This document shows positions 53,001-64,000 of a stretch of 64,000 nt of DNA, in pieces. Under the pieces are notes generated by a model. The model was not told the DNA's origin, ran no database searches, and worked only from the letters and a program-made list of their open reading frames with translations. Every line of letters begins with the position of its first letter. Position 1 is the stretch's first letter. This DNA is from Lama glama (Eukaryota). The stretch lies in the NCBI GenBank assembly GCA_028534125.1, contig CM052817.1, positions 91,700,001 through 91,764,000 of the forward strand, read 5' to 3'. The translations under genes and the position numbers were made by a program.

Positions 53001-53761
53001 GAGATGAAGCTAAATGAAAGACCAAGGCTAGAAAGGGAAAAAAAAAAAAATCAGGTGAAGCCAACGCGATAGGGATACGCTGGTGTCATCACACGTGAGC
53101 TCTGTTACTTGCCAAAGACATCTCAATCCACCAATGTAAGTACTGACACGCACAAACAACAAACATGGTCCCACAAACAAAAGATCTCCTGAAAGAGAAT
53201 GGACCCACAGTGGTTCCCATTGAGCCCAGAATGGCTCACTTCCCAGAAGGGAATGAGCCCAGGGTGTGTGGGTAGAATTTCCCCAACCTGCCCTAGCCAG
53301 AGTGGCTCACCCCAAAACAACACACTCAAAAACACAAACAACAAATAAACTACGATCACATAGAAAATCAGAGGAGGTGTAGTTTAAAAAGTCCACCTCC
53401 ACTCCCAGATGAGGCCTCCAAACCGAAGGGCCCAGCTCCCAAAACAAAACAGAACCAGAGTGGCTTGCAATGAGCCCAGAGCGACTCACTTCCCGCAACA
53501 GGATGAACCCAGATGGGTGGAGAGAATTCCCAGCCTGAGCAAGCTGGAGCCACTCACCCCCAGGCGCCAACGACCGTGGACTGCAGCTCCGATGTGTCTC
53601 GGCTCCAAACAGCTTCGTGCTGGGGAAGCTGGCCTGTTGGGGAGAGTCCTTCCTGGTTCCCTGGAGCGAAGTGAGCTGTGGCAACTGCAGGACCTAGGGA
53701 AGGGGCCCCCGGCTGCGATTGACCTGCCAGAGCACGGCCTCCTCGCTGGCTTCTCCAAAAC

Positions 53762-54234
53762 TGTTACTGTATGCAAGTTTTATGTGTCCCATGCATAGTG
53801 ACGCCAAACAAACCGAAAAGTCGGAGACCAGAGCAGAGAAAGGTTTACTGCAGGGCCGAGCAAGGAGAATATGTGGCTCATGGCTAAAAACCCAAACTCC
53901 TCAAAGGGTTTCAGCTGAGCATTTTTAAAGGCCACGTGAGAGAGGCGTGGCCCAGAGTCTGCAATCAGCTCGTGCACAATTCTGATTGGTTGCTGGTGAG
54001 GCAACAGGGCGGTTAACAGTATCAGTTCTTAAACTGGTAATGGTCTGTGGGCTATGTGCTGAAGAGCACCAAGTAGTTAATTGCTTCCATTTGGTGGTGG
54101 TTTTTAGCATCTGAAAAACTCGGGAAATATGCATGAGTTACTATTATCAGAGAGGACCTACAGTAGAGGTTATGGGGGTGGGGTCTGTCCCGGGAAGGCC
54201 CCCACAGGACCATGTAGGGTCCTGCTTGCCTACA
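53762..54234 (-). mobile_element. ERV 5' LTR
   Basis: Direct repeat of 48681-49145; followed on minus strand by PBS-like TGGAGAAGCCAGCGAGGAG. Confidence 0.88.
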
Positions 54235-54959
54235 AAAGAGCAAAAAGCCAAGCAAGGCGGCCCCTTCTGGTAATTCCCAGCCTCTGCCTGATCCTGAAGG
54301 GGAGCTCAGAACAGAAATCCTATCTCAGGGTTTGTCCAGGCAAGTTAACTGGGCTCTCTCTTTCCTGCACCAGGAGGTCACTGACTAACAGCAATCTGGA
54401 GAGATGTAAACTGCTACGCACCGTTCAGCTCTCTGTGGGTGGTGCTGGCTACGCCAGGCCCTGGCACTAGGCCGTCCTCCAAAGAGGTGCAGCTAGGCTG
54501 GCAACATTGCGGCACACATGGTGTGCGTGCAATGTGTGTGCGTGTGTGCGTGCGTACCGACAGTGTCAAGGCCCCATTGTTACTTTCCCCAATATATTCC
54601 TTGAGTTTTCTTCCTTTTCTAAATAAGAAGTTTACTATCAATTTTCCAAATTCTCTGAATGAACCAGGTGGAATTTGAATTGTCACAGTACTGAGTCTAC
54701 AGATGGACTTCAGTCTAAAGCTGACTTTCCTCTCCTACCTCTGCCACATCCCCTGGAGTGCAAATGGAGAACGTTTTAGTTGTGTTGTTGAATTAAAAAG
54801 GCTGGGGATGACTGATAGATCTCTACTGTTACACAAATGTTTAAATACTATTAAAATTTTGAAACAAGAACTGCAGTTAATCAATTAAAACCCAGGCATA
54901 ATACATTTGCTTAATTAAGATTAGAGCAGCAGCGATAGACCTAAAATAAACTAAACGTT

Positions 54960-57505
54960 GGATTGGTTCAGATAATGATCTTTTATTTGTTTTTTTTTCT
55001 TTAAAAGTGGTATGTCAACATCACTTCATTTCTACATTTCAGAGTTCTGTACATTTCTTAAAAGGAAGTAAGTAATGCTCCATGTACAAAGTAAAAACAG
55101 AAAACTAGAAAAATCTGAATAAAATGGAGGAATTTGCCATAGGTCATACAGTACAAATTAGTAATTAGATGTCATCTGAAGTGCAATACCACTGCTGGGA
55201 CGATGAGTTAAGGAATGAAATAAAAATACTCTATTTTAAACAAACAGTATATATATATATTTATATGTATATTTTTTACAGATAGTAGACCCAGTGATAT
55301 CTGCAGTATTGTAAAAACTTATTTACAAATAACTTTTTTAGACATTACATGTACATCAGCACCGTAGTAAAAACAAAAACAAAACAACCATATTAAAATC
55401 TACCTCTCGATTTAGTTGGTCCCAGTACTGAGCATTTGGAGGACGCTTTTAAAAGATAATGGAGCCCCCTCAACCCAACCTCCATCAGCCACCTCCAGTT
55501 TCTCATCATTGCTTATATATTTCCCGTACCTTTCAGAAAAAGGTAATTATATACTCTGTGTATTCGTGTTTACCTTTTTTTTTGGTTTTGGTTTTCATCT
55601 GTTTCCACTCAAGAGTTTTCCTGGTGGTGGCCCTCCCCACGCAGGGAGTTCACGGTCAGCCTGCTACCACCTCTTCCCAGAGGGAGCACAGCCCCTGCCT
55701 GGACCCTCACCCACCTGGCCACCTGTGGTCTCTGTCCTGCCCTTTGCTGAGTAGATCTATGACCTTGGTACTTGGCAAGCAAGTCAAGAGCAGTGTTGGC
55801 TTGCCTGCTGCCCGTCTACCTCCTCTGCCCCAGCTTTTCATTCAAAGCCCCTTCCTGACCTTCCCTGAGCGCAGCCAGTCCAGCTCCAGTGGTGGGGCTG
55901 GGGCTCTGGTGTGGCGAGTGACGACCTGTGGGTGCCCAGGAGGGAGCCTGCCTTTCAGACACGGAGGGCAGGGGTGGCAGGAGAAAAGCTCACACCACTC
56001 TCACTCACGAGGACAACGGTTATGCCAACGGGACAGCGGGAGGGGAGGCGAGGACGAACGGGACAAGCCTTATGACAGTGGAGGTTGTGGATCCCTTCCC
56101 ACAGGCTTCAGTGAGGGATGATTCAGGTGAATTACAAAGAGAACAACTGTACAGAACTTCAGGAGTGGGTTACTTTGCCCATATGAAAGGAACCCTCCTT
56201 CCTCCTCTTCATCATCAAAAGGTGTGAGGTGGAGCAATTGATTTTTCAGTTCCTCATCTTCTTCCAGGGTTTGCAATTAGTCTTTCTGATAAGTAGGGAT
56301 GAAGGGCTGGGCCGATTTTGGATCACCCCGGGAATTTTCCCAAAGGGAGCCAGAGCCGGCGACATCCAGGCCAGTCCCTCCTTGGTGTCCCAGAAGCAAC
56401 AGGTGCGGCTCCTGTAAACCCATCACTGAAAAGCGGAGTAGCCCACTCAGTTCCAGGCAGAGAAAGAAAACTCCAGTGTTGCTTTTATATTTCAGGCATT
56501 GTCTAAGTTCTTCTGGCATTTATTTTGCCTCTGCTCTGGCTCCCTAAAGACAAAAGCTTCATTTCTTCTTGGATAGCCTGCAAGGAGATGCCAGGGCAGG
56601 CTGGGGTGGAGGCAAGGAGGGGCAACGGCAGGGACGGGGAGAAAGGCCGTGCTGGCAGACACACAGCATCCAGCTGGGGACACCCCATCCTGTGGCTGCC
56701 GAGAGCAGATGGGAGTTGCCGAGAGGTATCGGGTCATACTGGGCCCCCGCAGGCTCCAGCCCAACTCCCCAGAGTGATGGTCACCACGGTCACCAGCAGA
56801 AGGCCGCCCGCCCAGGGCTGCGAGGACCCTTCTCCAAGCTCGCTTGGCTGTCCTTGGGAGGCAACGTCTCTAAACTTCCTGAGGGCCATTGAGGGCAGAA
56901 GACAGGCCTGTAGAATCCTGTGTTGTCTTCCTGTGACATCTCACTATTCTTGGTGCCTCCCTTCCCAACACAGTAGCATGTCTTGAAGCCAGACATCTCT
57001 TTGCAACCAGAGTTCAGCGTTTCTGACGTGCGCTCTTGGCCTGTGCAACCACCCAGAAGCCTTCATGAAACTTCCCCCAGCCTGAGGCTCTTTCCTTCGT
57101 GTCTCCAAAGCTGCAGCCTCCGGTTCTGGACCAGGAGGGGCTGATGGCCACCTTGTGCTGGGCAGCAGTCGGTCTTGGCTGGAGCGGCTCACACTGGGCC
57201 GGGTGATCACAGGGAGGGCCCGGCAGAGGGGCTGCGGAATCGTCTCTCCCACCTGCCTCGGGTGCGCCTCCCTCTCTCACAGGGGGTCCGCAGGGTGTCT
57301 CGTCTTGACTGCTGTGTGAAAGTCAGGTGAAATGAGGCCCATTGGGGCTGTGGATTGGTACCTGGATCTTCCACTGTCAGCTGGCTGCAGTTTTGCTCAG
57401 TTTACGTGGGTCAAAAAAACAAAAAAAACAAGGATGAGTCAACATCCTGTTTTTTGTGGTTGAAGCTTTAACCACTAGGCTGTGGCTTCTGCGGGCCCCT
57501 CTTGA
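54960..57505 (-). other. MAML3: MAML3 3'UTR (approximate)
   Basis: Between stop codon and candidate poly(A) signal; contains Pumilio element TGTAAATA at 55320-55327 (-). Confidence 0.65.
54982..54987 (-). terminator. MAML3: Probable MAML3 polyadenylation signal
   Basis: Minus-strand AATAAA at the end of an AU-rich, repeat-free tract ~2.5 kb after the stop. Confidence 0.65.
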
Positions 57506-58503
57506 CTAGGGGTTTCCAAACAATTCATCGAGCTCCTGCATCCACTCATCCCCCGGCCCACCTTTGATGATGGAGTCCACGAGATCTGCACTGTCTGAGA
57601 GGCCGGGGAAGGAAGCCCCTGCTGCGTCCCCACTGTAATTGTATGACATGTCCTGAGGGGGGTTCCGCTCGTAGGCTTGGCTCTGGCTGCTTGGCGCAAA
57701 GCTGCTGCTGGGCATCTGCTGCTGTGCCGGGGGCTGGCTGAATGCGGGCAGGCCAGGCACACCCTGGCTTAGGCCAGACATGACCATCGGCCTGGCCTGG
57801 CTGGGGCCCTGCTGCCCTGGGAGCGGTGGCATCATCTGCCGACCCATGGCAGCCGGGTTGAGGGTTCTCACCGCTCCAGTGTTGGCATCCACGACCTGGC
57901 TCAGTCCCTGTGGGAAGTGTTGCTTGGTCAGCCTCGGCTGGCCGGCTTGCAGTGGGTAGCTGGCACTGTTGTTGAATGATGCTAATTCTCCACTAGTCCT
58001 CCCGGGCATCCCCTGTAAGCTCCTCTGTTGCCAGCTCTGTGTTCCCTGCTGGACCGTTCCCATAATGCTCTGCAGCCTCGGTGGGCCCTGGGGCCTGGGC
58101 AAGGCCTGGCCGACTGGCCCCTTCATCTGCTGGTGCTGCTGGGTCATGGCTGAGTTCACCAGCATGCCCTGGCCAAAACCACTCACCATCCCGACCCCTT
58201 GCCCCGAGGTGGGCTGCCTCGGCCCCTGGGCTTGGTTGTGGCTGAGACTCATGCCACTTTGGTTTGGGTGCTGCAACATTTGGGTCATTCCTGTGCTCAT
58301 ACTGTACATTCCCGGTTGGCTGGGAGGCGTGGAGCTGTAAGAGGCCAATCCCATCTCCGACTGGGCTGCTGCTGTGGCCATTGTTCCTGGGTTCTGGGAG
58401 GGTCCCATTCCCATCATGCCTGCATTCTGTGCCATCAACCGTGAAGTTCGCATGCTCTGGAGAGCTGCCTGGCTTCTCACGGCTGCTATATCCTGGGGAG
58501 ACC
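57506..58503 (-). CDS. MAML3: Mastermind-like protein 3, last coding exon
   Basis: cctgcag| acceptor; (G)SPQDIAAVRSQAALQSMRTSRLM...DLVDSIIKGGPGDEWMQELDELFGNP* is the MAML3 C-terminal acidic domain. Confidence 0.97.
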
Positions 58504-61500
58504 CTGCAGGGAGAAAAGGACACACCTACTCATGAATCTCCATCAGCAATGCACTGTAACAAGCTGCTGGACTACTTCCCTTTGGGAATATAAAATTCTT
58601 TTATCTGAAAGGATCTACTCTGATAACGATGATTATTTTTCTGACTATAACATGCTGATTGTGAAAAAGTTGAAAATACTGAAAAGCACAAAGAAGAAAA
58701 TTAAGTCACCCTAACTCCCACTATCCAGAGGTGACCACTGCTAACTTATATTAATATATAAATAGACACACAAAAATTGGGATCATACAGTACACATGCT
58801 TTTGCAGTTGACTTTTCCACTTGAGAGACACTGATATTATTTTTGTTCACATTCAGAAGCAAATTGTTTCTTACTCTTCTTAATATGATACCATCCTCAA
58901 CCAGTAAGATACCATTTTTTTTTTTTTTGGAGGTATGAGGAAATTCACCTCCTGGGCTAAATTAGCAAGAAATGGCTGGTCACTTTGCATATCCTATTTG
59001 TGAAGTGGAACATGGTTCAGTAGAGAATACTATCAATAAAGACCATTAGATTAATTTCCCTTAAGACTTGAGTAGGATTTGAGAGGTTAAAGGCCATTGC
59101 TTCGGCTAAGAAGCTGTTTCGACAGATGGGACATTTTTTTGGATCCCCTCTGTAGGTTTTCACATGCTCCAGATTCTCTGAATCAAAACATGTCAGTGCA
59201 AACTGGCCAGCTTCCTGAGTCAGAAAAAGAAATCATCCTGCTACTTGCTACTTGGCAATGAACTTTATGTGTTTCTCCAGCAAAGGCCACTCCTTCAAAT
59301 CAGCAGGGACCACTAAAGCGGTTTTAATGATGCTGCCTTAAAAGTTGGCCAGTCACTCAACCAAGTCACTCAACTCTAATTAGGCATTTGAGTGAATCCT
59401 TTTTTAAATGTTTCTAGGAAATTTCTAAACTAGCCAAGAGGATAAAAATGTCACCCTTTGAACCTCAGTCAATGTTGTCAAGGTCTAGGAGGTATACAAA
59501 AATGGGTTTTTCTGTGTCCCTGTTAATGATTAAATCCATGAAAAAAAGAGAAAAATAGTTTTTTTCCCTGGACATTTAAAAAAGGTACAGCATAGGAACC
59601 AACTGATATTCTAAGCAAATTCGATCCTCCCTGGAACTGGGATGAGAAACCAGATGAGAATAGTGTAACCCGGTTAAGCCTGGCACCTTGGCAGGAAACT
59701 GAAGTGTGCTTTTGTCTTCCTGATGGGGTTATTGATTTCTGGGCAGCAAATATGTCTCCATATTTTCTTTCTTTCTTTAAGAAAGAAAATTACAGGAATT
59801 TTGATTATGACTTAAGTTTTTGTGGCTTGAGATCAAGAACACACTGCACTGAAAAATGAAATGGTCACTGTGTGGAAACCTCAAAGATCTGGGGGAGATC
59901 CCTAGAAACGTTTCCTTTTTTTTTTGTTTTAAGCTTAACCATATCTAAGTGGATTTAAAAAAAAATCAAAAGTTCCTGGTTAAACACTGGATGGTAGTAT
60001 ATATTGCAACTTGTAATCTTGTTATGAAGTTTTGTGACCTTAACGACTTAATTTATATCGACTGCATGGCCCATCTGATCAACTGTGGTAAATGGGTTAT
60101 TGAGTTGCTTATAAAAAAAATTTAAGGGAAAAATATTGCTGACTCAGAGATTGATTGGGTAGACCAAATTACATAAATAGGCTGCTGGAAACAGATGAAA
60201 GGACTTTCATATTTTGGACATTTTTGTTGTTAATTTTCAAATAAATATGTTGAGGGATTGGATACTGTCTGGACTAATTTTGTGAATGAGAAATAGTTTC
60301 TCTTCTTTAGAGGGCAAAAATGCTGCAGTGTCTTTTAAGAGGTATTGAAACATTAATCCAAGCCAACCATTATTTTTACTTAGTGTAAATGACCACGCTA
60401 TCCAGATGTAATTCTTATTTTAAAAAAAGGACATTTTAATATCAGCATTCAGCACCGTATTTTCAACCTAGGAAAAATAAAAAGCTTGTTACTAATCTAG
60501 TCTTTATAATTTTAGGAATTTTAAATGTACAAAGGAAAAAAATTCAAATGCATTCAAAGAATTAACTTGTCTTTACCTGATGACTACATACGTTAAACAA
60601 CAGGCTACTTTTTCTCCTTCTTTTTTAATTTTTGTCTAAAACAGGTATTACTGTGAGACACCATGGTCAAATTAATTTTCCTGTCTGCTGGTTAACATCA
60701 CAGTGTCAAAGAAAATTTTCTATATTCAAATAAAAATGGTAATATGCAATTTATTCCCTAAAAGGATCCGTGTTCTATTTTCACTCACAAGAAGTCTATA
60801 TTTATGAAAAACAAGCATTTCCCCATAGGCATGTAACACTGCCCAGAGGCACAAAACTCAGTAAGAAAAAGATAGTCATTAAAACCTTTGAAAAGTGTAG
60901 TGGTGAGAGTACCTATAGGTTCCTAACAGAACTTCTCTCCAAGGACAGTACTTCTTATCTATCAATTTGCTATTTTCCCAGGTACATAACATTATGATAC
61001 CTTGGGTGTTAGCAAAATATGTGAAAATACTGAAGAGAGTAAAACAAAATTACCATTCAGCTCAGGAACTCTGAAATGTCACGGGTTGTTTAGCTTCAGT
61101 GTAGCTACATTTTTAGGTTAATTACCTGTGATTTGGGGTTTCAGAAAAGATCAAAGAGCAGAACTTTTCTTTAAACTGGACCCAAGCATTAAGAACATAG
61201 AGGAGTTATTCAACTCCTTTGTCCATTTATTCTAAAAAATAATACATGAGTTACAAACCTAGAAAACTCAAGGGACACTAAACCAGGTTTATCAGATTCA
61301 ATGGTTTCAGTTAGTTCCTAATATAAAGGACCAGTTCTCGAAGTGTGGCCCTTGGGCCAGCAACACGGGGAACTTGTGAGACAGGCAAATCCCACCCACC
61401 ACTGGCACCGAGATGACAAGACACAAACCAGGCGATACTGGGTGAAAAGACACCTGCATGTCTTTTTCGGTTATTAAACTACTGAAATACTTCTGTACTT

Positions 61501-61749
61501 TTGGTGAGGAACAGCTGTCCCAGTCCCACCCCCACAGCCACCCGACCCCTCCGTGGGCCCACCAACATCTCCCTGGGGCCCAGTGACCAAAAGGTTATCG
61601 CCTAGCATTCTGACTGGTTGGTGCCTTTCGTTCTTAAACACTGTTAACGTTACCGGGACACAAACACAGCCCACGTGGCATTGTCGCTGGCTATACATTC
61701 ACGTACGCTTCCCAGTTGGAAGGTACACAACGGCAGGGGTGTGCCTCAC

Positions 61750-61834
61750 CTTGAAACTGGTTGACCTGCTGCACTGGGTACGGATTCCGCTGCTGCTGGA
61801 GGTGCTGCCGGGGTAAGTGTGGTTGCTGCAACTG
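61750..61834 (-). CDS. MAML3: MAML3 penultimate coding exon
   Basis: tttcag| QLQQPHLPRQHLQQQRNPYPVQQVNQFQ(G) |gtgagg; 85 nt, phase matches last exon. Confidence 0.93.
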
Positions 61835-61924
61835 CTGAAAGACAGAGGGCGGGAAGGTGAGATGAGAGACAGCGTGCAATTAAAGATCCTGGAGATGCTG
61901 AGGAAGGCGGTTTTCAAAAACTCA

Positions 61925-62400
61925 ACTCTGAGTTGAAGGTAACATTCATATAGGTAAGTGCAAAGCATATAGCATCCGCGTACAGTGTGATGGGTTTTCA
62001 CAGGTGAACACGCTCCTGGGAACCAGCACCTGGATTAAGAAACAGAACCCTGTGAGGAGCCCTCATGCCCCTTTCCAGTCATTACTTTCATCCGACCCGC
62101 TGGAACCACTATCCCAAGCTAACAACAGGTGAGTTACGTCTGCTTCTGTACTTTATAGAAGGGGGTTTACACAGTGTATTCAAGTCTGGCTTTTGTGTCT
62201 GGCTCTTTGGTTTAATTGTATATGAGAGCTTCATCCACAGTGATGCATGCAGTGTGGTCTGTTAATTCTCACTGTTGAGCACTAGTCCCTCACATGAACA
62301 CACCAAGATTTATTTACCTGTGCACCAGGGATAGTTATTTAAGGGTGCCTCCGGGTTTAGGCTGTCACAGATACCACTGCTATGAGCATCCTTGATCAAC
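61925..62400 (-). mobile_element. Old L1 (L1MC/ME-type) 3' remnant in MAML3 intron
   Basis: tgaaggtaacattcata...gtacagtgtgatgggttttcacagg...gagcttcatccacagtg motifs. Confidence 0.6.
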
Positions 62401-64000
62401 ATCTATGGCTCTTCTGCTGTGTGGACTTGCTGGCTTATGAGGAAGGAGCAGTGAAGGAGGCAGCTCTGACTCTGATTTTCCAACATCAGCCCGCATGCTT
62501 TCCTCATGCTGGGGACTGAGCTCAAATGGACAAGCAACTAATTTTTAATGACCAAAATAGATGCTTCGGGTGTAAGAAGATGGGATTCTCAGAAACTACA
62601 CAAAAGTCTCCTTTTATTCCCAGGAAGCCATACTGCCTGCAAAACACATCTCCACAAGCCAGATACACAGTATTTACTGCCTTGTGGAGACCGTGAGGGG
62701 TTCCATGTATACCGCGGGCCAGGAGGCTTGCGTTTTAGTTTTTCGTCTTACTGTCACGGGGATTCTGCTCGGCCAGCCCTGTTGCCAATATACTGGGAAG
62801 GCTATTATGACCATTATCATGCTGTATGTGAAAAAGGGAGAGGAAATCAGAATATGGTGGAAAGAGCAAAGAAAGGGGTTTTAGTTCTAGGTCTGCGGTC
62901 AAATAGCTGCGTGACCTCTGGCACGTCACTTAACCTCCTTCTGCAGCTGCTAAATATTCATTAAGCACCTTTCATCTGCAAGGGTTCTAAAAACATAGAC
63001 AAGGGCCAGGCTCTTAAGAGTGTTCATTACAAAAATAACACACATTGACCACTTCTTAACACATGTGTTTATTTCTATTTTTTCTCTTGTTTTTGTTCCT
63101 GGGCAGCTCTGTAATTTTCCTTTTCTTTCTTTCTTTTTTTCCCCTTTTTCTTGACAAGACCAGTTGGCACTCTGGCGTGGGGACACCCCTGGGCTGGTAC
63201 AGCCGTACTCGGCCTGCTTACCCCCCATTCCCTCTGCGTCTTGGTCACAGTATCAGGCACACTTGAAATTGCCTGGGATTGGCTGAGGAGAGGATTTGCA
63301 AAGCCCAGCGTCCCTGCAGCAGCTCCATTTATCACTGCCTCAGAGAGATTAGCGTGGCTCCTTGTCACACACCTTATGCGGGGTGAGAGGGATAGAGGTT
63401 TGTTTGCACAAGAGCTGCCAGGCGGCTGACTGACCTCGGTAAAAAGGGAGATAATTACACAGCTGTTCAGGAACAAAAGCAAAAAGGGAACATAAGTGAA
63501 CTGTGCTCAATGGTACAATTTTTCTATTTGGGGGACGACTGGTGTTACTTTGAATGGCTGCTCTTGGTTAGTAAGGACCTCAATGCACCTTGTGTCCTAC
63601 ACAGTATCTTGTATAGATATGGTGGAGGATATTTAATAAATTTCCAAAATTCTGATCCTACTAGGAACATTCTAGAAGGGTAACTGTGGGCCTTGAGCCT
63701 TAGATGACAGCCTCACATCTCCTATAATAGAAGGGTGTGATGCAATGGACCACCCCCCACAGAAGCTAACTAGGGACCTCCTGTGGAAGGTCTCAGGCCT
63801 TTCCTGGGATAACACTAAATCAGGCACGGGCATCTTGAAAAAACAAAACGCACTGAAACTTAGGGCAGAGGGCAGGGAAGGCTTTCTTTCAAAGCTGAAG
63901 GAATTATATGTCAAGGGCGGTCAAAGATGTCTAGGGTAAAGCTTTCTGTGTATTAGGCCTTCCTTTAACTCAAAGATTTCCTGAACTGTTTTAAAAGCTG

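Larger units (their letters stand above)
48681..54234 (-). mobile_element. Non-coding ERV1-class provirus (MER4-group-like), two LTRs, PBS, PPT, env remnant
   Basis: Paired LTRs; degenerate tRNA-Arg PBS at 53739-53757; AT-rich internal region without gag/pol ORFs in the ORF track. Confidence 0.82.

Noticed and set aside
55181..55188. GTGCAATA miR-25/92 seed match
   Set aside because: On the + strand, antisense to the MAML3 mRNA
55459..56121. 220-aa ORF on +
   Set aside because: Antisense to MAML3 3'UTR, no recognisable homology
57969..58593. Overlapping ORFs in other frames/strand
   Set aside because: Shadow frames of the GC-rich MAML3 last exon

Overview
Mammalian genomic DNA, most likely camelid (three tRNA-Ala-derived Vic-1-like SINEs). 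It holds the complete five-exon MGST2 gene on + (CDS 779-28086, 146 aa, all introns GT-AG) and, converging on it, the last two coding exons and ~2.5 kb 3'UTR of MAML3 on -. Most of the rest is interspersed repeat, plus a 500-N gap. Between the genes are a 17-kb nest of at least five L1-derived insertions bounded by one 13-bp TSD, and a ~5.5-kb non-coding two-LTR ERV1-like element. The most interesting signal is a composite L1-derived retroelement: ORF1, then antisense ORF2 and antisense L1 3'-end fragments, then its own AATAAA tail. It occurs twice (6573-7352, 37462-39178), each copy with its own TSD, and shares a ~110-bp tail module with a third, rearranged L1 (30235-35059). It looks like a non-autonomous HAL1-type family. 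Whether it is already catalogued cannot be checked here. Repeat family names are from recognition by eye, and repeat boundaries without TSDs are approximate.
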